Part shown: piece by piece, positions 46,686-56,044 of the stretch
Layout: every line of letters begins with the position of its first letter
How positions within the stretch are numbered: position 1 is the first letter of the stretch
Source: a virus
Lineage: Duplodnaviria > Caudoviricetes
Length of the DNA stretch: 64,000 nt
IMG/VR virus record: IMGVR_UViG_3300033062_002592
Span: 32,001 to 96,000 of that record
Strand: one strand, 5' to 3'
Notes under the pieces: model-generated
What the model was told of the DNA's origin: nothing
Seen by the model: the letters and a program-made list of their open reading frames with translations, nothing else
The model's database searches: none
Position numbers and translations under genes: made by a program

Positions 46686-47423
46686 TTATTCTATCTGTCC
46701 CAACAGCTTTTCTAAGCTGGTAAAGGGACTTGATGAAACTCCTCCTGCGAGAAGTTTCAAATTATTTACTTTTCCCTTAAAAAGCATGAATTTATACGCA
46801 TCGGCTTTCTCAATCAGTGAAATGTCCCCATTTTCTTCAATCCATTCACGCATCTGTGATTCTGATAAAACAAGAGTTTCTGGAGTCTTAACCAAGACGT
46901 TTATAGTGCCATCTGCGCCTGTAACAATCGATATCTTTTCCCAATCATCCTTCAGGAATGTAGCAACATCCCAATCTGAGAATTCATCGCTGATAGGATG
47001 CGCATGTATGGATCCAATGATTTTCTCATCTTTACGATATTCCTTAGTTTTCTTAAAAGTCACGGACATGTCTTCGCCAATTTCCATCATGTCCATGCGG
47101 ATGCCCTCTGGAGTCTTGACAAGAAGTGCGCCGAACTCTTTCTTTGTTTCGTGTGTGAATCTATAAATTTTCTGTATCTGATCCTCAAGAACTTCATTTA
47201 ATAACAATTTTGATGAAAGATACCATCTTTTACCGCAATCATCGCAAGCAAAACCAAATACAACCTCTGATTTCCGAACAATTTGAGCTTGAAGTCTGCT
47301 TCTCAAGTTTCCACCGCAGCGTGGGCATTGATAATGTTTTGCATGGGGTCGAAGTCTTCCACCTGCAAGAGCGGGATACAAAAGTGCTGGAGTCGTTACT
47401 GGTGATAGAATTTCTGTACTCAT
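46686..47423 (-). CDS. JAB/MPN (JAMM) metalloprotease with Zn ribbon and an N-terminal copy of the MCP N-terminus
   Basis: KEFGALL...IHAHP.....SDWD JAMM motif; CPRC...CDDC; EILSPVTT..LLYPAL shared with the MCP. Confidence 0.8.
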   Translation of the reverse strand: MSTEILSPVTTPALLYPALAGGRLRPHAKHYQCPRCGGNLRSRLQAQIVRKSEVVFGFACDDCGKRWYLSSKLLLNEVLEDQIQKIYRFTHETKKEFGALLVKTPEGIRMDMMEIGEDMSVTFKKTKEYRKDEKIIGSIHAHPISDEFSDWDVATFLKDDWEKISIVTGADGTINVLVKTPETLVLSESQMREWIEENGDISLIEKADAYKFMLFKGKVNNLKLLAGGVSSSPFTSLEKLLGQIE

Positions 47424-47575
47424 TTTTTTTCCTTCTTTTGAATCTCTATTTTTTGAAACTCAGGATCATGATATGCTCCGCAGGCTCCACCCGAGACATG
47501 GTCTGTCCACTGGTCTAATGCTTTCTGTAGTTCTTGCTGAACTTTCTCTCCCATTTCCTTAGGAACTTTTGACAT
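47420..47575 (-). CDS. Small hypothetical protein
   Basis: Likely ATG at 47575 after AGGAGA; its stop overlaps the JAB ATG. Confidence 0.55.
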   Translation of the reverse strand: MSKVPKEMGEKVQQELQKALDQWTDHVSGGACGAYHDPEFQKIEIQKKEKK

Positions 47576-47587
47576 AAAATCTCTCCT

Positions 47588-47620
47588 AAATTGATAAGCA
47601 AAAAAATTGCTTATCAATTT
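47588..47620. repeat. Perfect 14-bp inverted repeat (terminator or operator)
   Basis: AAATTGATAAGCAA-AAAAA-TTGCTTATCAATTT, directly after the stop at 47621. Confidence 0.7.
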
Positions 47621-48535
47621 TTAACTTGAACCAGTTGAAGAACCTGTCACACTTTTATACCAATATAGGTAATCGCATAGACATGAGCCGCTTGCATTTT
47701 TTCCATTGAATCCAAAAGCAATACCTCTTATAGTAAAGTAAAATGGATTAGGAATAATAGTTGATCCACTAAATAGATTATTATCTAATACATAATCAAA
47801 AGAATTCCAACCCTCGGTGTGTATGTCTGTTTTAGCAATTTTAAATCTTGCATATGTACTATTACTGCCGGTATCAAAACAATATTCAAAGCCTGTACCT
47901 AAAGGACCGCTTCCAGTTGAAACAAGTATTTTAAGTTCAAGCCATTTAAATCCAGAAATTCCATTGATGCTAAAAGTTGGAGTAGGTGGATACATATAAG
48001 CATAAACTGATATATCATATTTTGTGCCAGCTGCATAATCAAAATACCAATTTAATCTTATATCATTTGATTCTCCCTTCCCAAAAGCTGTGTAAGGCAT
48101 ATGATAAGGGCTAGAACAACCCGAAAGAGGATCATAACCTTGAAACACTAAACTTTGACCTTCACCCGAAAGCGTACTTCCAGACATATAAATGCCTTTA
48201 GTAGATACAGAACCACTAGCAATCCATGAACCAGTCCAATAACAATCAGTAGCCGAACCAGATGTCCGCCTCATATTCCAAGCCCAAATGGTACCTTGAT
48301 AAAAAAGTTCTGGATCTTTATGAGGCAAATGCCAATCTGTAGCTAAAAGATATTGTGCTCCCGCCGTGCGTAAATCAAAAATATCGATTGCTCCACCATC
48401 TGCATCCAGGTCTGCATAAACATTGTAAGTTGCATCTCCTGCCGATGAACCAAATGCATCAGCAACTATCTTTAAATCTATCATATTTACTTTTCCATTG
48501 AAATCAGCATCACCAATTAAATAATGATTTCCCAT
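47621..48535 (-). CDS. Dockerin-domain virion protein
   Basis: True start is likely ATG 48535. GDADFNGKVNMIDL...AFGS...YN.YADLDADGGAIDIFDL gives two Ca-binding loops, followed by a beta domain with 10 [S/T]GS. Confidence 0.75.
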   Translation of the reverse strand: MGNHYLIGDADFNGKVNMIDLKIVADAFGSSAGDATYNVYADLDADGGAIDIFDLRTAGAQYLLATDWHLPHKDPELFYQGTIWAWNMRRTSGSATDCYWTGSWIASGSVSTKGIYMSGSTLSGEGQSLVFQGYDPLSGCSSPYHMPYTAFGKGESNDIRLNWYFDYAAGTKYDISVYAYMYPPTPTFSINGISGFKWLELKILVSTGSGPLGTGFEYCFDTGSNSTYARFKIAKTDIHTEGWNSFDYVLDNNLFSGSTIIPNPFYFTIRGIAFGFNGKNASGSCLCDYLYWYKSVTGSSTGSS

Positions 48536-48536
48536 T

Positions 48537-49280
48537 TTATGCCACCTTCTTATTTGTGTATTGTAATCTAATATTGTGAATATACAAGCTTTCACTTGCA
48601 GCTCCGCTTGCATAGATACTTATAGGTGAATCCATTGTAACAACATTACTTTCGTTAAAATTGGTCCAACTTCCCGAAAAAAGTCCTCCTGCGGTACCAT
48701 TCCATGCACATCTAGCCACCAATAAAGCATCGATTGTTTGAACTATTACCGATTTAGAACTTGCAGCGCTTCCAGATCCATATACTAAAAGTCTAAAACT
48801 TCCAACATCGAAATTAATAAAATCAATTTTGGTTGTGTGTTCTGGTAAAAATGCTCCATAAGTCGTAGCAAGAGTTAAAGTTTGTTGTGTAGGAGAAGAA
48901 AAAAGATTAATTTCTCCCCAAACTCCTTTAATACCATTAACGGTGGTTATACTACCAGAGTAATCAATAGCAAAAATATCTGCAGCAGGTGAATCTGTGT
49001 AATTTAAAATACTGAAAGCGTTGGTAGATCCATATCTTCGCCAGATGATATCTTTGTTTCCTCCACCTAAATTGCTTGCGCTTCTTGCAAAATACACAGA
49101 GTTTGAATTGGGTGAAGAAAGCATTGGATTTGTAGAACCATAAGCCAATAATGGATTAATTAGATAAATACCACTTCCGCTACTAGCCTTTAAAGTAGTT
49201 GTACCTAGAGTTTCCACATTTACATCTCTGAATTTGTCCAATGGATGCGTTGCCATTTTTGGAATTTCATACATTGTCAT
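48537..49280 (-). CDS. Putative virion fibre/decoration protein
   Basis: Beta-rich, Ser/Gly-rich; in the head module. Confidence 0.6.
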   Translation of the reverse strand: MTMYEIPKMATHPLDKFRDVNVETLGTTTLKASSGSGIYLINPLLAYGSTNPMLSSPNSNSVYFARSASNLGGGNKDIIWRRYGSTNAFSILNYTDSPAADIFAIDYSGSITTVNGIKGVWGEINLFSSPTQQTLTLATTYGAFLPEHTTKIDFINFDVGSFRLLVYGSGSAASSKSVIVQTIDALLVARCAWNGTAGGLFSGSWTNFNESNVVTMDSPISIYASGAASESLYIHNIRLQYTNKKVA

Positions 49281-49322
49281 TTTTCTTTCACTCCCTTTTT
49301 ATTATTATAATTACTTTAATTA

Positions 49323-49712
49323 TTATTCTCCTTTAATCCATATATTATAATGCATACGAATCCTAGGAACTAAATCGAGCATGATTGCATCAACCGCAGG
49401 CCACATAAAAGGCTGAGCCTCCTGCTTTGAAGTTCCATACTCAACATAAGCCGCATAAGGCTCTCCCCGAGTATTCGTGGCATCAGCAACTAGAGCGTAA
49501 GTTGGAAAATCTCCTTCCCAACGGATACTAGCTTGAAGATTTCCAGTATCAATAGGACAAAGTCCTTTCGCCATAATTTCCATCTCACTCATTCCCCATT
49601 CCATATCGTCAATAACTTGCGGAGGAACCTCATTCATTCTGCCAATTAAATTTTCCAATTTTGCAAATGCATCTGCACTGTAAACTTCAATTTTAACATC
49701 AATATAAGACAT
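49323..49712 (-). CDS. HK97 gp10-like neck/tail completion protein
   Basis: AKGLCPIDTGNLQASI...YAAYVEYGT...AQPFMWPA. Confidence 0.88.
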   Translation of the reverse strand: MSYIDVKIEVYSADAFAKLENLIGRMNEVPPQVIDDMEWGMSEMEIMAKGLCPIDTGNLQASIRWEGDFPTYALVADATNTRGEPYAAYVEYGTSKQEAQPFMWPAVDAIMLDLVPRIRMHYNIWIKGE

Positions 49713-49718
49713 TTTTAA

Positions 49719-50009
49719 TCAACCTTGTTCCATTTTCTTGAGTCTATAATAATAATCATTCAGTTCATTTAAATGAACAAGCGCAATTTTACCAGTCATT
49801 ATTGGATTATTAAATGTAATATTTGTTTTCGGATATTTTAAACCATGCTCAAGCTCTACATCAAGACCCATTCGAAATTGTTTAATATCAAACTTTGAAG
49901 TTTTCCAATCAATTCCTATGGCTTCACCAATAAGCAATGCTTCATATTCCGTGAAATTCCTTCGGTTTCTGCGAGTATCCATTGTTTCATAATATGCCAT
50001 TTTTATCAC
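49719..50009 (-). CDS. DUF5661-like protein
   Basis: QFRMGLDVELEHG...TGKIALVHLNE..DYY.RL.KME. Confidence 0.75.
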   Translation of the reverse strand: MIKMAYYETMDTRRNRRNFTEYEALLIGEAIGIDWKTSKFDIKQFRMGLDVELEHGLKYPKTNITFNNPIMTGKIALVHLNELNDYYYRLKKMEQG

Positions 50010-50248
50010 ATCTTAGGAATAAGGAAACAACCGCAATTCGGATGCGCATTGATGATTCCCTCAACATCTTTCAGTTCTACTTCAACCCCATCCATGGATT
50101 TGCAAATTTCGCAATTTTCATCAGCTTCTGGAGTTACCCAAACATATTTCACATAGTTCGAACTCTTATAGACATTGCGAATCCCTAGGTGAAACGCTGA
50201 CAATAATGAATTTATAGAGAGCATTTCAATTCTGTTTTCAATTTTCAT
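50006..50248 (-). CDS. Phage minor head protein (Mu gpF/SPP1 gp7) C-terminal fragment
   Basis: WVT..D..CEIC..MDG...HPNCGC. Confidence 0.7.
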   Translation of the reverse strand: MKIENRIEMLSINSLLSAFHLGIRNVYKSSNYVKYVWVTPEADENCEICKSMDGVEVELKDVEGIINAHPNCGCFLIPKM

Positions 50249-50441
50249 CTTTTTTATACCTTAAATCGTACAACATTACATCGATGCGGGCGATGATAAT
50301 TGCTGCAGCCAAAGCATCGGTTTTTCTTTTATGTGCTTCAGATTTCAACATTAATTTTAATTCGTAAAGTTCATCTGCACTTACATTTAAATTAGCAAGT
50401 TTATCTAATAATTCAACTTTACGTTTATTATCTTTATTCAT
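50238..50441 (-). CDS. Small helical protein, paralogue of the C-terminus of 50438-50929
   Basis: LLDKL...EL..LK...ARIDV.L shared with the neighbour. Confidence 0.6.
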   Translation of the reverse strand: MNKDNKRKVELLDKLANLNVSADELYELKLMLKSEAHKRKTDALAAAIIIARIDVMLYDLRYKKDEN

Positions 50442-50929
50442 TTCATCTTCAAACCCTTATAATCTTGTAACAATACATCTATCCTAGCCAATATAAATGA
50501 AGCCCAGAAAATTTCTTCTTCTCTTTTATTATTTTTTGTATCCTTAATCCTACAATTTAATTCTTCTTTCAATTTTTCCATTTCAGTAGGTGTAATAGTT
50601 TTTGCCTCAAGTTTTTCAAGAAGATGGTCTGTTTTAAATTCTTTCGGATGATGAAGGGCCTTCACAGCGTTGCTAGTCATGGCATTCCAAAACAGTTCCA
50701 TTTTTGTTTCTAAACAAACCAATCTATCTGTATTAACTGATACTTTATCTTCTAAACATTTAAGTCTTTCACAATCTGCTTTACTATCTACCCGAGTTTG
50801 TTCAAGGCTGGAAATCCTTTCTTTAATGTCTGCGCCTTCTTTAAATCTGGCCCAAAGAAAAGTCAAAATTGCAACAATTAAAGAACCAATTGAAGCAAAA
50901 AAAGGAAGATTTGAGGCGTCAAAACTCAT
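50438..50929 (-). CDS. Membrane-anchored coiled-coil protein (possible lysis/holin-like)
   Basis: N-terminal hydrophobic helix FFASIGSLIVAILTFLW, then ERISSLE/ERLKCLE/DRLVCLE repeats. Confidence 0.55.
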   Translation of the reverse strand: MSFDASNLPFFASIGSLIVAILTFLWARFKEGADIKERISSLEQTRVDSKADCERLKCLEDKVSVNTDRLVCLETKMELFWNAMTSNAVKALHHPKEFKTDHLLEKLEAKTITPTEMEKLKEELNCRIKDTKNNKREEEIFWASFILARIDVLLQDYKGLKMK

Positions 50930-52926
50930 TATTCCAACTCTCCATTTTCTTTCATTTTAACCATTTCGTCCAATATTTTATCGAAACTTTTAATAGTTTC
51001 GGTCTTCAACTCTGAAAGAGGTTCCAAGTCTTCCTGTTTTAATGATAAATCATCTTCATTTCCCAGTGCCGTGTTTGCATTCATGCGCCCCATCAGATAA
51101 CTTGAAACAATGTTTTCATTGATAAGTTCCTTGGCGGCGTCACGGGCTTCTCTCTTAACATCCTTGACCAATTTAGCATCATCTTTCAAGTCAAACTTTG
51201 TCTTTTGAGTCAAACCAAGCATTTTTTCCCTGAAATTCTCTTCCAATTTCAATAATTGAATCTTTTTAGTTTTCAAATCTTCCAATTTCATGTGACTCTC
51301 CGGAGGTTTTTTTGATTGCTGTCTAACTCTATTCTGCTCAGGAGCTTTAATAGCACCACCAGGTTTGGGTGGAAAGCCCGAAGGCTGAGTTCCCGGCTCT
51401 TTTGATATTAATTCATCATATTTTTTATCCTGCATAGACCTAAAACCCATTTCTTCTCTGCATTCGTTTACACTTACAGCACCAGCCTGCATCATTTGTA
51501 TTAATCTTTGGCTACGCATGTTTTTGTCTTCTTCAATAATTGGTTTCCAAACTATATGAGCATTTTCAGTTTTATCTCCAAACTTCATTTTAATAAGAGG
51601 CTCGAATATATATTTCTCGATTGGATCTGCAATGAATTCTTGCAGAACTTGCAGTCTTGTAACAAAATCGTGAAGTACAACTTCGGCGATACCTCTTGAT
51701 GTGCGATACGTATAACCCATCATAATTGGTGGAACACCGAGTGATTGATATCTACGAAGCAATAGAAAATCTACCCACCATTCTAATCTTAATTCTGAAG
51801 CCATTGTTTTGAATTCTTCCATAGATACATCACCTTTGGTGAATATCATTGTAGCCGCACTGCGCGTTTTCAAGGCATTCATTAAATCTCCCATTTGACC
51901 CGTGCTATAAGGCTTCTCTGGAGTTCCACCTTTAACAATCAATGGTGGCACTGCTCTGCTGTGAATCCATGTTGCAGCGTCATTTTCAAACTGCATAAGC
52001 AATTCATTATTCTTTATAATTGGCATCAGCACGCTGTTGCCATATGCGGATTCATATCCCCATGATGCAGGACGATATCTGCAATGAATGCATGATTCAT
52101 TGTCTATCAGAACGGGTGGAAATGCCATCCATTGTATATAACCATACTGATTACCATATGAATCTCTTCGAACACGCATGTATAATGGATCCAAATCTTT
52201 TAGAGCAACAATTGTTTTTGCATCGGGTGCTCTACCCATCCTATCGGCGACAAAGTTTTTCTTTGTTCCATTATCTTCAATTATTGCTGGTTTCACCTTA
52301 TTTAATGGAATATTCAAACTATTCAAATCATCCTTTGAATAATTTTCGCCTTTATATTCATACATTGGCATTGTAGTTTTAACGGTTTTATCCCATTGAA
52401 TCTCTGTGTAACTATTACCATAAACGAGACAATCTGTAGCCATAACAAGCATATGCTGCATTAAATCCAATCTTTGAATCATGTCATTCAGATAATCTAT
52501 AACTTCTTCACTTTCATGGCTGATAGTAAACCCCTTTCCAACTGCCAAATTTACCTGCATTTGCACAGCTTGCTGAATATCAGGTTGTGACCTGTACATT
52601 TTGCGGTATTTCGGCAAATCCGAGATTGGGTTAACACCGTAAACTTTAGTGTAAACATCTGCATAAGGACTCTGAACAAGACCAAACCCAGAACCTTCGG
52701 GTAAACCTCGGGATCCGTAGCCTAGTCCTCTTAAAAGATATAATGCAGGCTGTTCAGTCCACTGCGGCGGCACATCAAAGTCGAATTCTTCGGCAATTTC
52801 TTTAGGCAAAACTCTTGCTTTCAGCTCTCCAAGAGTCAGCATCGCTGTTTGCATTGCAGCATCGTATCTGGCTCTTGCCATTGGCCGCCACATTGGCGGT
52901 CTTTTTATTTCATTTTCTTTGCTCAT
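50929..52926 (-). CDS. Portal protein with C-terminal extension
   Basis: LVYGNSY, LDP, YGNSVL, LGVPPIMMG, SVNECREEMG. Confidence 0.88.
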   Translation of the reverse strand: MSKENEIKRPPMWRPMARARYDAAMQTAMLTLGELKARVLPKEIAEEFDFDVPPQWTEQPALYLLRGLGYGSRGLPEGSGFGLVQSPYADVYTKVYGVNPISDLPKYRKMYRSQPDIQQAVQMQVNLAVGKGFTISHESEEVIDYLNDMIQRLDLMQHMLVMATDCLVYGNSYTEIQWDKTVKTTMPMYEYKGENYSKDDLNSLNIPLNKVKPAIIEDNGTKKNFVADRMGRAPDAKTIVALKDLDPLYMRVRRDSYGNQYGYIQWMAFPPVLIDNESCIHCRYRPASWGYESAYGNSVLMPIIKNNELLMQFENDAATWIHSRAVPPLIVKGGTPEKPYSTGQMGDLMNALKTRSAATMIFTKGDVSMEEFKTMASELRLEWWVDFLLLRRYQSLGVPPIMMGYTYRTSRGIAEVVLHDFVTRLQVLQEFIADPIEKYIFEPLIKMKFGDKTENAHIVWKPIIEEDKNMRSQRLIQMMQAGAVSVNECREEMGFRSMQDKKYDELISKEPGTQPSGFPPKPGGAIKAPEQNRVRQQSKKPPESHMKLEDLKTKKIQLLKLEENFREKMLGLTQKTKFDLKDDAKLVKDVKREARDAAKELINENIVSSYLMGRMNANTALGNEDDLSLKQEDLEPLSELKTETIKSFDKILDEMVKMKENGELE

Positions 52927-52935
52927 TTAAATCAC

Positions 52936-53805
52936 TCACGTTATATATAATTCTGCATCTGCAATCCAACACGTAGGTGAACCTGTTAATCTGCCCTGTG
53001 CCCAGAAAATAATTCCAGTAGGAACTGTAGGAGTTCCATTAGAACTACTTACATAAGCAGGAACAATGAAATCTAAAGTTCTTTGCTGCCAAATTCCACC
53101 ATTGGCATCCTGAACATATGCATATTCATAGTGGCCACCGCTGAAGTAGTTATACCAAAATGCTGTTGCTGGAAGTAAAGCTCCACTGTAAAAATCTATA
53201 CCTATACGAGCACCACATTCAGGATAACCTGGCCATGAAGAATCAGTTTGGACTTTCATCCAAGCTTTACCAACAACATGCTTTCCTGGAGTAACAGCAA
53301 AATTTATTGTATTAACTTCTCTTTCAGTATTACTATCAGCTGGTGTATGTGTTTCAATGCGCATACTTGGATTTCCAACGGTTCGAACAGTATTGTAATC
53401 TAAGAAAGTGATTTGTGGGTCAACTCCATGAGCAAAATAACCATATTGCCAGTAAACTTCCCATCCATTGTTGTATGTTAAATTCATGTTTGCGGGAATT
53501 AAAGCCAAGTTAACCGCGGATGCAACTCCTCCCCATATTACATTTCCATAAAAAGTTAATGTGCCCTTATATATTTGCCATATAAAAACATTAGCACCAG
53601 TAGAAATGCTTACGTCCCATTGAAGTTCTTTTAGATAAATTGATCCTCCAGTGTTTGTAAGGACATTGTTAGTGCTTTGTAAAATAGTAGTTAAAACTGA
53701 GCCAGAAAAATCTATCTTTCCAGTTAACCCGTTTTTTGCATAGTATTTACTGTCTGATCCCGACCAAATTAAATATGAAAATGGAATATCACATTTCATA
53801 CTCAT
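52936..53805 (-). CDS. Spike/fibre protein with carbohydrate-binding-like C-terminal domain
   Basis: Starts with the YYAKNG.TG.I.FSGS module shared with the three neighbouring spikes. Confidence 0.65.
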   Translation of the reverse strand: MSMKCDIPFSYLIWSGSDSKYYAKNGLTGKIDFSGSVLTTILQSTNNVLTNTGGSIYLKELQWDVSISTGANVFIWQIYKGTLTFYGNVIWGGVASAVNLALIPANMNLTYNNGWEVYWQYGYFAHGVDPQITFLDYNTVRTVGNPSMRIETHTPADSNTEREVNTINFAVTPGKHVVGKAWMKVQTDSSWPGYPECGARIGIDFYSGALLPATAFWYNYFSGGHYEYAYVQDANGGIWQQRTLDFIVPAYVSSSNGTPTVPTGIIFWAQGRLTGSPTCWIADAELYIT

Positions 53806-53818
53806 ATTTCATCAACTA

Positions 53819-56041
53819 TTAAAGCGCAGCCTTCCAAAATACTCCTGCAGCTCCACCCGCTGTATGATAGACTGTGATATTTGTGGCGTTTACAGTATAA
53901 CTGAATTGTAATGGATTACTGCCTGAAGCATTTAATGAAACCCATCTTGGAGTCTGAGGCAAATTATGAGCAATAGTGCCACCATTGGCGACTGATGCAT
54001 AGCCTGTGCTTTCCCAACCTTGTAAAGAACTGTGGCTGCCGCTTAAGCGAAACAGAGTCCCTGAAGCAGCTCCACTGGCATAATTTATTACATAAGTATT
54101 ATAATCGGATATAGGAGAAATTGCATACTCATTTATTGCATAATTTGATTTGGCAGGAGTTCTATCATCTATGATTTGCTTCGCACTTATGTTGCAATAT
54201 TGAGATTGGTAGAGTTTCACTCCCGAAGAATCATAAAGTCCGCTTGTCGCACAATTATATGTTCTTATATTATCTATTGTGCAATAATTACAATTTTCAA
54301 CATTAACTCCGTCATACCAAGAGTTTTCTGCGTAAATTGAACCAACATGAACATTTTTTGCTCTATAAATGTATAATCCAGCTGATCCACTTATATTTTT
54401 AGCATATATTGAATCTATATTAATATGATGTATATTATCTTGGGTAGCAGCACTAATATTGACTCCTCTACCATTTGAACCAGTTATATAATCTGATACA
54501 ACGCTTCCTATTGAAACTGCATATACCGATCCCGAATTTACAACATTGCTGTCAATGCTTAAGCCACCTGCAACCGCATTATAAGTAATGATTTGACCTA
54601 TAGAAACATGATGTGTTGAACCATAATCGCCAGCTATTCTTACCCCATAACCGCCGCTGCCAGATGTTATAACACTGTTTGCTGTAATGTAGGAGCCTGT
54701 TGCATTATAATAAGGTCCTCCAGTTCCACTTCCAGTCCAAGTCCATATTTCAAGCGTTGCTGCACCAACATCGCTTTGAGATATTTTTTCTGTATATAAT
54801 CTGTCTATAAATACATAATTAGATCCTTCAAGAGATACTAGAGCGTTGCCAATATCATAGCCTTCGGCATATCCTATATTAACATATTTACAGCAGTCGA
54901 GAAGGAATCCTGCCCCGTAACATTTGTTAGAACCTAGGCCAGTTGCTTTAAAGTTAGGAACTGTAATGTAATTACTGCCAGTAATCCAAAACGCTGTAAT
55001 CCAAGCATTTCCAGGAGGACTTTGAGTAGGACTTTGGTTTGCAATATTGGCATCGAATATTGAATTTATACAATTTATATAAATATAATTTTTACTAAAC
55101 GCAGTAAACATGCTTAATCCATTGCCGCTGCCAGAACCATTTAAAATCTTCCAAGTTGCATTTTCAAAAATCAATCCAATATTGTTATAAGGTATGTTGA
55201 CAGTGTTTCCAGCAGTAAATATTCCATCTTTAATAACAACAGTGCCACCATTTGGCATCGTGCCTAATACGTAAGTTAAAAGCGTAGAAGCGCTTGCGCT
55301 TGAAGTTATCACACCAGTGTGACCGTTTTGAGCAGTATAACCGTTAGAACCGCTGTAAAGCACATATGATGCTGGCATCTCTCCCGAACCAGTGTTTGCA
55401 GTTAAATAATAAGTCACATAACCATAGTCATTTGTGCCAGTTATTGTCATGTTTGTTCCGGCATGAAGATTTATCGCAGATCCAGTATATGGCGAACCTT
55501 CATTTGTGTAACCTTTCATAGGTATGTAACTTGCAGTAATCGAACTTCCTGAAATATTTCCAATTATTATAATATTACTACCGCTGATTGTTGTTGCATT
55601 AATTGTACTTCCAGATATTCTTGAGCTTCCAGTAATTGTTGTTGCAACAATGTTTGCGGGATTGAATGTTCCCACTGAAAGTGTACTTGCTGCAACAGTG
55701 CTTCCACTTATAGTTCCGCTGCCTGTCAAGTTTGTAACATAAACATTTGTAATTACAGCAGTGCTTCCAGTCAAGTTTGCAGCTATTATGCTACTTCCCG
55801 AATAAATCGCATTATCATAATCAATATATGATTGTATGACTCCAGTTGTATATCCTTCAAATCTATTTAATGTGTCATCAAAAACTGTCCCACTTAAAGA
55901 ACCCGTAATTGAGTTTTTAACAGTATTATAAACAAGTCCGCTAATAAGAACCTTTCCAGATGATCCAGATTTTCCATAATAATAACTGTCTGTACCCAAA
56001 TAAATTATCCAATCTGAATTAAGATATTGAGTTGTTGACAT
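53819..56041 (-). CDS. Beta-helix (pectate-lyase-like) spike protein
   Basis: GGTVVIKDGIF, FDAN.ANQ, Asn/Ile-rich parallel beta-helix repeats; C-terminal IAH.L...P module. Confidence 0.8.
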   Translation of the reverse strand: MSTTQYLNSDWIIYLGTDSYYYGKSGSSGKVLISGLVYNTVKNSITGSLSGTVFDDTLNRFEGYTTGVIQSYIDYDNAIYSGSSIIAANLTGSTAVITNVYVTNLTGSGTISGSTVAASTLSVGTFNPANIVATTITGSSRISGSTINATTISGSNIIIIGNISGSSITASYIPMKGYTNEGSPYTGSAINLHAGTNMTITGTNDYGYVTYYLTANTGSGEMPASYVLYSGSNGYTAQNGHTGVITSSASASTLLTYVLGTMPNGGTVVIKDGIFTAGNTVNIPYNNIGLIFENATWKILNGSGSGNGLSMFTAFSKNYIYINCINSIFDANIANQSPTQSPPGNAWITAFWITGSNYITVPNFKATGLGSNKCYGAGFLLDCCKYVNIGYAEGYDIGNALVSLEGSNYVFIDRLYTEKISQSDVGAATLEIWTWTGSGTGGPYYNATGSYITANSVITSGSGGYGVRIAGDYGSTHHVSIGQIITYNAVAGGLSIDSNVVNSGSVYAVSIGSVVSDYITGSNGRGVNISAATQDNIHHINIDSIYAKNISGSAGLYIYRAKNVHVGSIYAENSWYDGVNVENCNYCTIDNIRTYNCATSGLYDSSGVKLYQSQYCNISAKQIIDDRTPAKSNYAINEYAISPISDYNTYVINYASGAASGTLFRLSGSHSSLQGWESTGYASVANGGTIAHNLPQTPRWVSLNASGSNPLQFSYTVNATNITVYHTAGGAAGVFWKAAL

Positions 56042-56044
56042 TTA

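Noticed and set aside
46686-47423. Lambda gpK-type tail-tip JAB protein
   Set aside because: Located in the head module, with no NlpC/P60 domain and no adjacent ubiquitin-like gpI or gpL gene.
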